Virus record (IMG/VR): IMGVR_UViG_3300037458_001243 | DNA: 64,000 nucleotides | Reading direction: 5' to 3' (one strand) | Source: an uncultured virus (IMG/VR IMGVR_UViG_3300037458_001243) | Taxonomy: Duplodnaviria; Heunggongvirae; Uroviricota; Caudoviricetes | Shown: in pieces, positions 1-8,766 of the stretch | Position numbering within the stretch: the first letter of the stretch is position 1 | Layout of the letters: the number at the start of each line of letters is the position of its first letter | Made by a program: the position numbers and the translations under genes | Notes under the pieces: generated by a model | Seen by the model: the letters and a program-made list of their open reading frames with translations, nothing else | The model's database searches: none | Told to the model about the DNA's origin: nothing

Positions 1-382
1 AGCCGGTAATCGTAAATACCGTAGCGGCGGCGGCAGTAGAGGTAGCGAAAATCAGATTGCGAGCCGCGTCCAGAGTCCAAACGGAGGCAGTAGCGCCAGT
101 GTTAGTAGTGATGGTGGCAGCGGCGGGGATACTGGCGTTATTACAAGGCGCGACACCGTTGTTGGCAGGCGTATAGGTTTTGGTGCCGTTATTCGGTAGG
201 TTGGTGCTAGTCGCGTCGTCGATCAACAGATCATCGTCGCTAGCAGCCGGCGAACCGAGCGAGCTACGAGTCAAAAAACAAATCGGGATTCCGCGAGAAG
301 CGTTGTTAGCACGCCGCGTGAAGCGGTTATTGCCCCTGCCGTAATAAACGTTAGTGGCTTCAGTAAGATTGTGCGTAGACAT
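1..382 (-). CDS. Putative virion structural protein, running off the left window edge (MSTHNLTEATNVYYGRG...ATVFTITG)
   Basis: Not in the ORF track because it is truncated. ATG at 380-382 with GGAG RBS (ggagttaaatATG); frame open to position 1; Ala/Thr-rich; directly follows the head-completion gene. Confidence 0.7.
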   Translation of the reverse strand, partial: MSTHNLTEATNVYYGRGNNRFTRRANNASRGIPICFLTRSSLGSPAASDDDLLIDDATSTNLPNNGTKTYTPANNGVAPCNNASIPAAATITTNTGATASVWTLDAARNLIFATSTAAAATVFTITG

Positions 383-425
383 ATTTAACTCCAGTCAAAA
401 TAGACCGCCCGTAAAACGAGCAGAG

Positions 426-1142
426 TTAGTAATAGTAGCCGCTGGTACGCAAGGGCTTGTTGGCAACGTCCTTGCGCACGGCTAGTAATTTGAGGTTAAC
501 CGGGTCTCCGACTCTCGACCGAAACCGCTCCATAGCAGTATTGGCCGCTTCCAGATTAAGCGTGTCGGTATCCCGTTTGGAGAAGGCTAGATAAGTAGCG
601 TAGAGTAGGAGGTCCTCAAAGAAGAGGTCGTCTAACTCTAAATATACACGTCCAGCAGCGGCTGCCGACCGCCAAGTAAGGTCTTCCAGCGGCAACCGTT
701 TAACGGTTAGCACTAAAGTACCTGAAGCAGTGGGGGCCGCTATCAGAGTGAGGCTGTGCAGATTCCCGTCTTCGACGTAATACAACGTCTCGTCGGGTTC
801 TTCATAGGACTGAGAATCGATGTCGTCCCGATAATTACGCTTTATCAGAACTTCATCAGCCCCATTCACATAGGCCCGTTCTACCGCGAGGATCAGTGGG
901 TCCAGGTCGTAGGTAGCCGTATCAGCGACAAGCGTGATGCTGCACAAATCGCTGGTAGAATCGACAATCGGATGCCGGCGGCAGGTTTCTTTCTGTGCTT
1001 CGTTCAGATAAGTAACGAGTTCGTCGTTCTTCCACAGACAGCCAGCATCGCTGGTCTGCCAGTAATTGGTGTTGGTATCACCGCCGAAGTCATCTAAACG
1101 TTGGCGCAGTCGGGTGACTGCCGTCAGCACCGATATAGTCAT
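426..1142 (-). CDS. Head-tail adaptor / head-completion protein
   Basis: 238 aa; N-terminal RLRQRLDD...WKNDELVTYLNEAQKE pattern typical of podovirus adaptor proteins; lies downstream of the capsid genes. Confidence 0.65.
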   Translation of the reverse strand: MTISVLTAVTRLRQRLDDFGGDTNTNYWQTSDAGCLWKNDELVTYLNEAQKETCRRHPIVDSTSDLCSITLVADTATYDLDPLILAVERAYVNGADEVLIKRNYRDDIDSQSYEEPDETLYYVEDGNLHSLTLIAAPTASGTLVLTVKRLPLEDLTWRSAAAAGRVYLELDDLFFEDLLLYATYLAFSKRDTDTLNLEAANTAMERFRSRVGDPVNLKLLAVRKDVANKPLRTSGYYY

Positions 1143-1217
1143 TTACTTACCCTTTTTCGGCCCCTTTTTGGGCTTGCTGGGTTTGCTCATGGGTTTGCCG
1201 GAAGGTTTGCAGGCCAT
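1143..1217 (-). CDS. 24-aa Lys/Pro-rich basic peptide (MACKPSGKPMSKPSKPKKGPKKGK)
   Basis: Read by hand. AAGGAG RBS upstream; fills the gap between neighbours; its TAA abuts the next ATG. Confidence 0.65.
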   Translation of the reverse strand: MACKPSGKPMSKPSKPKKGPKKGK

Positions 1218-1219
1218 GC

Positions 1220-1636
1220 TCAGTCTCCTTCGAAGACGTACAGCAGAACGGCGGTGATCGCGCCGGTAGCCGCCGCGCCGCCAACGGTAGCGGTCAGATA
1301 GGTCTTGACCGTATTCTTGATCGGCGAGAAGTAGTACGCCGCCGAAGCGCCGCCGGATGTATCACTGTCGGTCGCGAAAGCGTCGGCCACGGCAGCCAAC
1401 GAATCACCGGCATTAACCTTGCGATAACCCAGAGTCAGCGAGGTGCTGCCGCCCAGAGCCGCGTTGGTCAGAATCAAGCCGACCACCCGAGCGTTCTCGG
1501 GAATCTGGCCCAGCAGTGCCACGTCGCCAATTTGGGCGGCGGCAAAGGTGTAGGTATAAACCGCTGCGGACAGCGACCCAAAAGCCCCGGTGTACGTAAT
1601 GTCGCGCCGGGCATTTACAGCATTCAAATCAGACAT
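1220..1636 (-). CDS. Capsid decoration/cement protein
   Basis: Likely start MSDLNAVNARR with GGAG RBS; 138 aa, Ala/Gly/Thr-rich; immediately after the major capsid gene. Confidence 0.65.
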   Translation of the reverse strand: MSDLNAVNARRDITYTGAFGSLSAAVYTYTFAAAQIGDVALLGQIPENARVVGLILTNAALGGSTSLTLGYRKVNAGDSLAAVADAFATDSDTSGGASAAYYFSPIKNTVKTYLTATVGGAAATGAITAVLLYVFEGD

Positions 1637-1647
1637 GCGTTTTCTCC

Positions 1648-1678
1648 AAAGAAGGGGCCGGCGTTGCCAACCCCCCTT
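1648..1678 (-). terminator. Weak intrinsic terminator or hairpin after the major capsid gene
   Basis: Minus strand GGGGTTGGC-AAC-GCCGGCCCC followed by TTCTTT. Confidence 0.5.
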
Positions 1679-1697
1679 ACAGTATCTCAAGAGAGGG

Positions 1698-2969
1698 TTA
1701 GAGCAAGGTCACCTTGCTGGGGTCCGGAGCTACACAGTCGATGACCGCAATACCGTTGTCGTAGGTCTGACCGGTCTTGCTGGCGAACCGCAGCTTGGCG
1801 TAGCCGGTGATAGCGGAAATCGACGCCTCAAAGCAATTGTCGTGATCGCTCGTCTCTTCGTGCCAGTTGAAGTGCGTGCCCGAACGCGTGTCCTTGCCAA
1901 ACGCCTCAGCCAGACCTTGCGAGCCCAGCAGAATGCACCGCTCCACGGCATAGTTCGCCACGTCGGCGCCGCCCAGATCGGCCGGCACGGTGGAGGTGGT
2001 GGTAGCGTAAACGTCGGCGCTGGTGGCCACGGTAACAGCGGTGCCCGGATTAAAGCGGATCGGCAGGTTGATCTTCTTGACCATGATGCCATTCCACATA
2101 CCAACCTCACCCCGGAACAGCGGGTTGCTGGCGCTGCGCTCGCGAGCGTTCATCTGGAACAGCCGCAGGGACTTCTCCGAGCTCTGCCGGACCAGGTTGT
2201 GATAAACCCGAGGCGGAACCAGCAACACGTACATCGGGCTGTCGGGGGCCGAAGCATCGCCTTCAAACTGCACCGGCTGCATGGGCACGTCCATCTCGTC
2301 GATGGAAGCGCGCAGCTTGTCCAGATCGTCCAGGGTCAGATAGTCGGTAGCGGAGAAAGTCGCCATGCTGGTGGCCTGGCCAGCGTAGAAATGCCGGTTG
2401 TAAGTCGGTGCCAGCACGGAGTTCACCATGATCTCGGTAAACTCGGCATGGGTGCTCAGCGGAACCACCCACTCCTTAGTATTATGGTCGCCACGCGCGC
2501 CGGCCATGTGAACCAGCTTGACTTGATCGGCGAACCGGGCATACCAGCCAGCCAGGGCCGCGCGGCCCACGGTGCGCAGGTCGTGCTCGGTGCGGTGCTG
2601 GGACATGCGCCCGCCCGCGTCGATACCGCCACGGCACTGGTTCAGCGTCATGGTCATGACGTTGCTGGACAGGTCCATCATGCGGCCGGTCAGCTTCCGA
2701 TCACCCATAGTCGGGATGCCTTCGATTACGTTGAAGGCGTCAATCTGAACGGTGTCACCGCCGCCCTTAGACAGGTCGGTGATGCGGACGATGGGGTAGT
2801 TGCGGTCGGTCTCCATCCGCTCCAGCGTGGCGGTGGCCGAGCTCAGCTTGGGGGCCGGGCCGGTCAGACGCTGGGAAAGGGAGGGAGCCTTGCAATACTC
2901 GGCAAATACGGCTGCGCCGTAGATTTTGCGGGCAAGGGGGTGGCCAACAGGAATGACAGTCTGAGCCAT
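1698..2969 (-). CDS. Major capsid protein, N4-gp56/DUF4043 type
   Basis: 423 aa; PIVRITDLSKGGGDTV, GGRMSQHRTEHDLR and NPLFRGEVGMWNGI motifs; follows portal and scaffold. Confidence 0.9.
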   Translation of the reverse strand: MAQTVIPVGHPLARKIYGAAVFAEYCKAPSLSQRLTGPAPKLSSATATLERMETDRNYPIVRITDLSKGGGDTVQIDAFNVIEGIPTMGDRKLTGRMMDLSSNVMTMTLNQCRGGIDAGGRMSQHRTEHDLRTVGRAALAGWYARFADQVKLVHMAGARGDHNTKEWVVPLSTHAEFTEIMVNSVLAPTYNRHFYAGQATSMATFSATDYLTLDDLDKLRASIDEMDVPMQPVQFEGDASAPDSPMYVLLVPPRVYHNLVRQSSEKSLRLFQMNARERSASNPLFRGEVGMWNGIMVKKINLPIRFNPGTAVTVATSADVYATTTSTVPADLGGADVANYAVERCILLGSQGLAEAFGKDTRSGTHFNWHEETSDHDNCFEASISAITGYAKLRFASKTGQTYDNGIAVIDCVAPDPSKVTLL

Positions 2970-3046
2970 GTTATAACTCCAAAAGTTAAGACAAACCGTC
3001 TCACGACGGTTAAGTTAAAAGTATACGGTCTATCTCTCGACAGTCC

Positions 3047-4153
3047 TTAACGCGAAAACTGATACAGGTAATCCTTCAAAGCTTCCGGGGTCAGCGTCAA
3101 CAAATGCTGCTGCACTTGCGCCGGGCTCATCCGTTCGAGTTTCTCAATTTCGGTGATCGCCGGAGGCTGACCGCTAGCCGCGATGTCCGTCATGCTGAGC
3201 GGGACACCGGGAGCAGCAGGCTTCGCTGGAACGGGGGCCAGTTTGGCCGGAGGAGCCGCTACGGTCCCCACCTGATCGGAATGGGGCGACTTGCCATACA
3301 ATGCTTCCACCTTGCTTGGCAACACCGCCACCCGCTCGGTCCAACTCAACTTGGCATAAGCCGGGTCTTCCTGCATCAAGTACTGGTGCAACTTGACGCT
3401 ATATTCGAAGTATGGCGACTTCTGGTCCGCCTGCCAGGCCGTCATTAACGGCGACTGATCTATGGCGGCTTGAATCTGCTCGCCTTCCGAGGCTTGCTCG
3501 GCTCGGGCGGCTTGCTCCAATCGGGCTTGCAACTCGGCGGTGACTCGCTGCTGCTCGACCATGGCCTTGTGCTGGGCGCGCAGAAGTTCGTCCTGCCGCT
3601 CGGCCCGACGCGCCGCCAGCAATGTCTGACGCAGCACATCGGCGGGGTCCTCACCCCATTCCTGCTGGTACTTGGCTATCCTGGCCTCGTCGGCGTCGGT
3701 AAGCGCTACAGGAGCGTCCAGGAGCGCCTGGAACGTGTCAGCGGCGGGGGTGGCTGGTTCGCTAGGGGTCCCAGAAACCGGCGCCGCAGGCGGCGTCTGC
3801 GCGGCCTTGGCAGTCATCTCCGCCAACTGGCGTTGCAGTTCCTGCGCAGCCTGTTCGGCCTGCCGCGCCCGCTCCCGCGCATCCTTCAATACGGAGTGCG
3901 GGATGTAGTGTTGGCCGTCCGCTGTAAGCACGGGGGCCTCTACGTCAGCCTTGGGTTCCTCGGCCTTGGGTTCCTCGGCCTTAGGTTCCTCGGCCTTGGG
4001 TTCCTCGGCCTTGACGAATCGCCCTTGCTCGTCGCGTGGCGGCGTAGCGTCCTCAACTTTGGGCTCCTCAGTCTCAGGAATCCCAGCAGCCAAGGCAGCC
4101 AATTCGTCTGCGGAAACAGGCCACGTAGTAGAGTCGTTCAAATCAATTGCCAT
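3047..4153 (-). CDS. Scaffolding protein
   Basis: Acidic, Ala/Pro-rich and coiled-coil; RDEQGRF and HYIPHSVLKDARER motifs; lies between portal and capsid. Confidence 0.75.
   Translation of the reverse strand: MAIDLNDSTTWPVSADELAALAAGIPETEEPKVEDATPPRDEQGRFVKAEEPKAEEPKAEEPKAEEPKADVEAPVLTADGQHYIPHSVLKDARERARQAEQAAQELQRQLAEMTAKAAQTPPAAPVSGTPSEPATPAADTFQALLDAPVALTDADEARIAKYQQEWGEDPADVLRQTLLAARRAERQDELLRAQHKAMVEQQRVTAELQARLEQAARAEQASEGEQIQAAIDQSPLMTAWQADQKSPYFEYSVKLHQYLMQEDPAYAKLSWTERVAVLPSKVEALYGKSPHSDQVGTVAAPPAKLAPVPAKPAAPGVPLSMTDIAASGQPPAITEIEKLERMSPAQVQQHLLTLTPEALKDYLYQFSR
3948..4013 (-). repeat. 15-nt tandem repeat encoding (KAEEP)x4 in the scaffold gene
   Basis: ggttcctcggcctt(g/a) repeated four times. 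Confidence 0.9.
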
Positions 4154-4198
4154 ACTTCTTCACCTCTATATCGCGGAGTCGCGTGAATACTACTAGAA

Positions 4199-6376
4199 CT
4201 ATCGAGCAGGCTTTTTAGCCGGAGGCTTCCGGTGTCCAGCCAACCCGGTTGAAGTCGGTTTAGGTCGGTTTTTAACCTCGAATTTCTTAAGTTCAGCGTC
4301 GGCCCGACGCTGGCGTTCAGAGTCAGCCAGCTTCATCTGGCCTTCCATCATCTTACTCTGGTAGTTGGCTTCGCGCTCTCCAGCCGACTTTTCTACGTCC
4401 AGAACCCGGTCGGTGATGTCAAGGGAATGTTTGTCGCGTTCCAGAGCAAGGCGGTCCTGATCCAGGATCATGCCTTGACGAATCTTGTCGGCTTCGGCTT
4501 TAAGCTTCTCGGCTTTGGCCTGCTGCTCCAACACCGCCATTTGCTGCTGCTGCATCAGAAGCTGGTTCTGTAGGTCAACAAGCTGCTGTTGCTGTTGCTG
4601 CGCCGCATTCTGTTCTGGCGACATACCGCCCTGGCCGCTGACTTGCGCGATGAGCTGCGCCATCTCTTCCTTCTGCGGCAGGTCGGACGCGCGAATAACG
4701 ATGTGCGCGACGGCCACCTGCATCTCGGGAGGCAAACTCTTAAGCACTTCAGTGAGGTTCTTGAACTGCTGCGCCCGGTACGATGGGGTGTCGGGGGTAT
4801 CCTGGAGCGCCACTTTCAACATCAACTGCGGCACCTGGTTGGTGATTTCACCAACTTCGGTGCGCTGATTGAACGTGTACGACCGCCGCTCGCCTGCAAA
4901 ATCGTAAGTAACCCGCTGCTCGCGAGCCCCCATATCCGCTACGATCAGCGACAACAACAATTCACCGACCTTGACCCGCGCTCCGATGTAGTTGTCGTTC
5001 AGGTTAGCCAGGGTAGTAGCGCCCTGCTCCACCAAGGAGTTGATGGCGACGCCGGAATCCGCCCCTGGCACGGCCTTACCAAGCATCGACTGATACACGC
5101 CCGCCGCATCCTGGATGGCCTGCGTAGCATCCTTAAGTACCTGGAACTGCTGCTGCGACAACTGGAAATCTGACTCGACCCGCAACGCATCCATGTTCTT
5201 GTTGCGCCGGTTTGGGTCCAACAGAATGACAGCATCAGGCCGGGATGCCTGCTCCAGTACTTCGGACCAGGGCCGTTCGGAGGCATCGGAGTCCGCGATG
5301 ATGCGTTTGGCGCTCAGCAGCCACATCATGCGCGACAGCCGGGCGTTAACCTCCATCTGCGGGCTCACCATGCGCCGGACCAAACCGTAAGGCGCGCCGG
5401 TTCGGGATTCACGAAACCCGAAGAACGGCACGTAAGGGAAATCGTTGTGGGGGTATGGGCTGGGTAAATCTGCCAGTCGGATAGGGCCGGCCCACCAGGA
5501 CAAGCGCGGAACCGGCACCACGAACTCTTCCAGGGTCGCCAAGCCGGCGCGCAACAACGCTTCGTGCATGGTGTTGGTCGAATCCAGCACCACCAGAGCT
5601 TCCGAATCCCTCAGTCGCAACACCTTTCGACGTTGGTAATGGCGGTACCAGACCTCGGATAACCGGACGCGCACCCGCGACGCCCCGTAGTCCATCCACT
5701 CCCGCAGCGCCAGCCCAGTGTCGCGGAACGCCGTGAAGTCTGACAGCGTTTCGTCGTCGGAAGTGTCGTCGTACCCTAAATCCCAATCAGCCCAAGCCTT
5801 GCCGGTTTCATCCAGCGTCTTGCTTTTGCCGGGGAAGTACAGCTTGGCTATGTCGAGGTCCATCCAGCGATGCCGAACCAGATAGCGCGCGTCCGACAAA
5901 TCCGGTTCCTGCGCCCGCCAGTCCCAATACATCTCCCGCCAGTTAACCCGGCGGATGCGGTACGAGGCCCCAAGCGGATTATGGTTGCGCGCTACCTCTA
6001 CCCAGCCCAGCCCGATCTTGGTCTGGTCGTCGTAAGCGTCGGAGCAGGCCCGGTCGGCTCCGGACGTACGTTCATGTTGCTTCATCAGCGCGGACAGCGC
6101 CAGGCTCATATCGAAGTCGATATCGGACTCGGCGGCGATTTTCCAATCCCGCTTGTTCTTGGCCTCCATACCCAGCACGAGATCGATGGTCGGGCCGATC
6201 AAATTGCGGATTAACGGTGGCTGATTGCGCTCCTCCATTACCGACAACGTAGTGGTGTCGAGCTGCAACCCATCGTAGAAATCGGCTTCGTTGTTAGCGC
6301 GCGCACGCCAGCTAGGTTCGTCCTTTAGGTCCGACAGGATATCTTCCAACTGAGTTTGCGTTAACTTATCCGCCAC
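4199..6376 (-). CDS. Portal protein, P22-like
   Basis: 725 aa; FYDGLQ...NLIGPTIDLVLGME, IGLGWVEV, FPYVPFFG and PYGLVRRMVSPQMEVN motifs; C-terminal Gln-rich coiled coil; GTG start. Confidence 0.9.
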   Translation of the reverse strand: MADKLTQTQLEDILSDLKDEPSWRARANNEADFYDGLQLDTTTLSVMEERNQPPLIRNLIGPTIDLVLGMEAKNKRDWKIAAESDIDFDMSLALSALMKQHERTSGADRACSDAYDDQTKIGLGWVEVARNHNPLGASYRIRRVNWREMYWDWRAQEPDLSDARYLVRHRWMDLDIAKLYFPGKSKTLDETGKAWADWDLGYDDTSDDETLSDFTAFRDTGLALREWMDYGASRVRVRLSEVWYRHYQRRKVLRLRDSEALVVLDSTNTMHEALLRAGLATLEEFVVPVPRLSWWAGPIRLADLPSPYPHNDFPYVPFFGFRESRTGAPYGLVRRMVSPQMEVNARLSRMMWLLSAKRIIADSDASERPWSEVLEQASRPDAVILLDPNRRNKNMDALRVESDFQLSQQQFQVLKDATQAIQDAAGVYQSMLGKAVPGADSGVAINSLVEQGATTLANLNDNYIGARVKVGELLLSLIVADMGAREQRVTYDFAGERRSYTFNQRTEVGEITNQVPQLMLKVALQDTPDTPSYRAQQFKNLTEVLKSLPPEMQVAVAHIVIRASDLPQKEEMAQLIAQVSGQGGMSPEQNAAQQQQQQLVDLQNQLLMQQQQMAVLEQQAKAEKLKAEADKIRQGMILDQDRLALERDKHSLDITDRVLDVEKSAGEREANYQSKMMEGQMKLADSERQRRADAELKKFEVKNRPKPTSTGLAGHRKPPAKKPAR

Positions 6377-6385
6377 GGTTCCACC

Positions 6386-6413
6386 AATAAAAAACCCCCT
6401 AAAAAGGGGGTTT
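6386..6413 (-). terminator. Intrinsic terminator immediately upstream of the portal gene
   Basis: Minus strand AAACCCCCT-TTTT-AGGGGGTTT running into a T-tract. Confidence 0.65.
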
Positions 6414-6461
6414 AAAGAATTGTTGAACTAGCGCTGACGCCGCTGCTAGTATGAGTTTTAC

Positions 6462-6490
6462 AGGGTATATAGTGTTTACCAGTTTGTCAA
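6462..6490 (-). promoter_or_regulatory. Sigma70-type promoter for the portal-capsid operon
   Basis: TTGACA (6485-6490), 17-nt spacer, TACCCT (6462-6467). Confidence 0.6.
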
Positions 6491-6491
6491 G

Positions 6492-6701
6492 CTATCTCAT
6501 ATAACTTTTTAGTGCCGGGTTTCCAGCAAAACCATCGTCGAATAAACGCTGGATCGCTTCGTTGTAGCGGCCCTCCATCAACATCGTCACCGCCTCCAAC
6601 TGACTGAGATGGAGGTAAGGCAGGCGAGATTCGAACGCCTTCCGGGCAAGGTGATATCGCTCCTGGGAGGCACATGTCGTTACCGGCGCCATTCCGATCA
6701 C
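6492..6701 (-). CDS. Hypothetical protein
   Basis: Part of track ORF 6492..6752; probable GTG start overlapping the upstream stop (GTGA). Confidence 0.45.
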   Translation of the reverse strand: MIGMAPVTTCASQERYHLARKAFESRLPYLHLSQLEAVTMLMEGRYNEAIQRLFDDGFAGNPALKSYMR

Positions 6702-7039
6702 TCTGATTCCCCCAGGCTCTTCATCAATTGCAACCGGGCCAGGGCGTTCCACGCCAGGTGCGCGGCGTGCAGCAACCGGGTCTGCGGGTCCAGCAATTCA
6801 CCCCTAGCCTCGTACAACCAATGCCGCAGCATGGCGTCGGTATAGCGCTCGATCCCGTCCGGCACACGCAGCCAGCCGTGGTCCGTGTACTTGGAAGCGC
6901 CGAACGTACCTACCAGGCCGACATCCCACAACGCATCGGCAAAATCCCCCAACACCAGGCTTAAGCGGTTCTTACCAGCGTCGAGCTTAGCGCCGGGGGA
7001 TTTCGGGTCTTTCAGATACGGGTCTAGTTCTTCACTCAC
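6698..7039 (-). CDS. DUF5664-like dATP/dGTP diphosphohydrolase domain protein
   Basis: GAKLDAGKNRLSLV...FGASKYTDHGW...RYTDAMLRH...LLHAAHLAWNAL pattern. Confidence 0.8.
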   Translation of the reverse strand: MSEELDPYLKDPKSPGAKLDAGKNRLSLVLGDFADALWDVGLVGTFGASKYTDHGWLRVPDGIERYTDAMLRHWLYEARGELLDPQTRLLHAAHLAWNALARLQLMKSLGESE

Positions 7040-7577
7040 GCAGCGTCACCCCCTTAGAGTTGTTATACGAACCAACCTTCGTATACGACCGCTCTTCCGG
7101 GACGGGTTCCGTTTCGTAGAAGATCGCTTGACCGACTTTCATCCCCGGCCGAATTCGCAAGTAATGGTACTCCGACCAGTTCTTCAATTCCAGAGTCAGA
7201 TTAGAGCCTACCCACCCCGGATCGGCAAATCCGGCGAGAGCGTGATTCAAAGCAGCCCGTCCTAGCGAAGAATTCAGGCGGTAGTTGAAAGACACGTTAT
7301 TCGGCAGGTTAAACACTTCCCGCGTAGCCGCCAGCAGGAACATACCGGGCGGCATCAAAAAACCGGCATCGCTCATCTCGACCTTGACGAACGTAGGGAA
7401 CTGGCGAGGGCGGGCTGCTAGGTCAACCTGAACAATTTGATTGTCGTGCCGGGCTTCGACGTAGATGACGTTATCCAACGTCAGATCGAGACTGGCTCCG
7501 TTGATGTTGTCGGGGTCGGCGTTTTCAACCACCCCTTCCTTAAGAAAACGACAGAGAGTATTGTATCCGAAGATCAT
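7032..7577 (-). CDS. dcd: dCTP deaminase
   Basis: INGASLDLTL, SSLGRAAL, AGFADPGWVG, LTLEL, RPGMKVGQ and GSYN motifs. Confidence 0.9.
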   Translation of the reverse strand: MIFGYNTLCRFLKEGVVENADPDNINGASLDLTLDNVIYVEARHDNQIVQVDLAARPRQFPTFVKVEMSDAGFLMPPGMFLLAATREVFNLPNNVSFNYRLNSSLGRAALNHALAGFADPGWVGSNLTLELKNWSEYHYLRIRPGMKVGQAIFYETEPVPEERSYTKVGSYNNSKGVTLRE

Positions 7578-7753
7578 TTCTGCACCGCCTCCTCCGCTTT
7601 AAGCATATCGTACATGTCCATCAACTCGGCCCACATGGTATCAGGAATCCGAATATAACCGTCGGTTACCTGGGGGGACGAACCTTGGGTACATTCATCC
7701 AAATCTTGCAAAAGCTCCATCAACTCATTCAGTTGTTCGACCGTGATTAACAT
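7574..7753 (-). CDS. Small acidic hypothetical protein (59 aa, MLITVEQLNELMELL...)
   Basis: Read by hand; G-rich RBS; TGA overlaps the dcd ATG (ATGA). Confidence 0.6.
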   Translation of the reverse strand: MLITVEQLNELMELLQDLDECTQGSSPQVTDGYIRIPDTMWAELMDMYDMLKAEEAVQK

Positions 7754-7774
7754 GATTCCCCCTGCCTGATAGGC

Positions 7775-7799
7775 AAAAGGCCGACGGATGCCGGCCTTC
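7775..7799 (-). terminator. Intrinsic terminator after hns
   Basis: Minus strand AAGGCCGGC-ATCC-GTCGGCCTT followed by TT. Confidence 0.55.
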
Positions 7800-7820
7800 T
7801 GTTAAAACCTTAACGCATTG

Positions 7821-8138
7821 TCAGCCCGCCAGGAAATCTTCTAGCTTGGCGCCGCCGGCAATCTCGCTGGCCAGCCACGCAGGCGTCTTACCGCGCCCGG
7901 ACCAGGTCAGGTTGGGGTCGTGTTTGGCGCGGTACTTGACGGTGGGGGTAACTGGGAACAGCTCGGAAAACACTGCGTAGACCGAACGGTTGGTGGTGTC
8001 GGCCAGCAGTTGCAAATCTTCTCGGATACGAGCCTTCTGCCCCTCAACGGACTGGTTGATCTTGGCAGACACCAATTCAGACAGGCTCAGCAGATCGTTC
8101 AACGGAAGTGCGTCTAGGTTGGCAGCGGTATCAGTCAT
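7821..8138 (-). CDS. hns: H-NS family nucleoid-associated protein
   Basis: 105 aa; C-terminal KYR...TWSGRGKTPAWL H-NS DNA-binding signature; N-terminal helical oligomerisation region. Confidence 0.9.
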   Translation of the reverse strand: MTDTAANLDALPLNDLLSLSELVSAKINQSVEGQKARIREDLQLLADTTNRSVYAVFSELFPVTPTVKYRAKHDPNLTWSGRGKTPAWLASEIAGGAKLEDFLAG

Positions 8139-8185
8139 AAACGTAGCTCCAAAAAGTTAGGTAAGGTTATCGGTACAACAAGTTA

Positions 8186-8214
8186 ATTATAAAACCTGAA
8201 TTACTAAAAGGCAA
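8186..8214 (-). promoter_or_regulatory. Sigma70-type promoter for hns
   Basis: TTGCCT, 17 nt, TATAAT. Confidence 0.7.
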
Positions 8215-8226
8215 ATTTTTGTGTGT

Positions 8227-8766
8227 TCAGCGTAAATTACGGCGTAGTTGATGTAGTCCGTCCGCCACCGCCGTTTTAAGCCAGCTAAAAACTTTCAGAT
8301 AGCGCATTTCCCAGCGCTGGTTCCACGTCGCCGGGGATACCCCCATCATGCGAGCCCGCATCCGCTTGGAAAACTGCGCGCTGGCCCCCGACCCCCCACA
8401 ATCCTGACAGGTTCGCGTCGTACCGCCGGCCGTAATCTCACCACGCCCTTCACACTCCGGGCAATAAAACCGGGATCGCATCTCCCACAACGCGATAACC
8501 AGCAGTTGTAGGCGATCTTCCTGACGCAAGTTATCCGCCCCGGTCATCTCCAGCTCAAACTCAGCCGCTAACCGCGCCGCCACTCCTTGCTCGGCATAAA
8601 TCCACAGCAGGATATTACCCAGCCAGGCCGGCTGTACCATGCCCAGAGCCGCCGCCAGGTCGGTGGGCGCCCAACGCTCCGGCGCCGTACCCCGTGAAGT
8701 CGGCGGGCCCCAGGTACCGGCCGGTCCCAGCTTGGCCAACCACTCCGCAAGCGTTAAGGTATTCAC
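8227..8766 (-). CDS. Antitermination protein Q-like (zinc finger)
   Basis: CPECEGRG...CQDCGGSG zinc finger followed by RARMMGVSPATWNQRW, as in lambda-type Q; probable GTG start overlapping the terL stop. Confidence 0.7.
   Translation of the reverse strand: MNTLTLAEWLAKLGPAGTWGPPTSRGTAPERWAPTDLAAALGMVQPAWLGNILLWIYAEQGVAARLAAEFELEMTGADNLRQEDRLQLLVIALWEMRSRFYCPECEGRGEITAGGTTRTCQDCGGSGASAQFSKRMRARMMGVSPATWNQRWEMRYLKVFSWLKTAVADGLHQLRRNLR

Noticed and set aside
6698..7039. 2-aminoadenine (Z) genome pathway
   Set aside because: No purZ or HD-family dATPase is visible; a DUF5664-like gene alone is insufficient.
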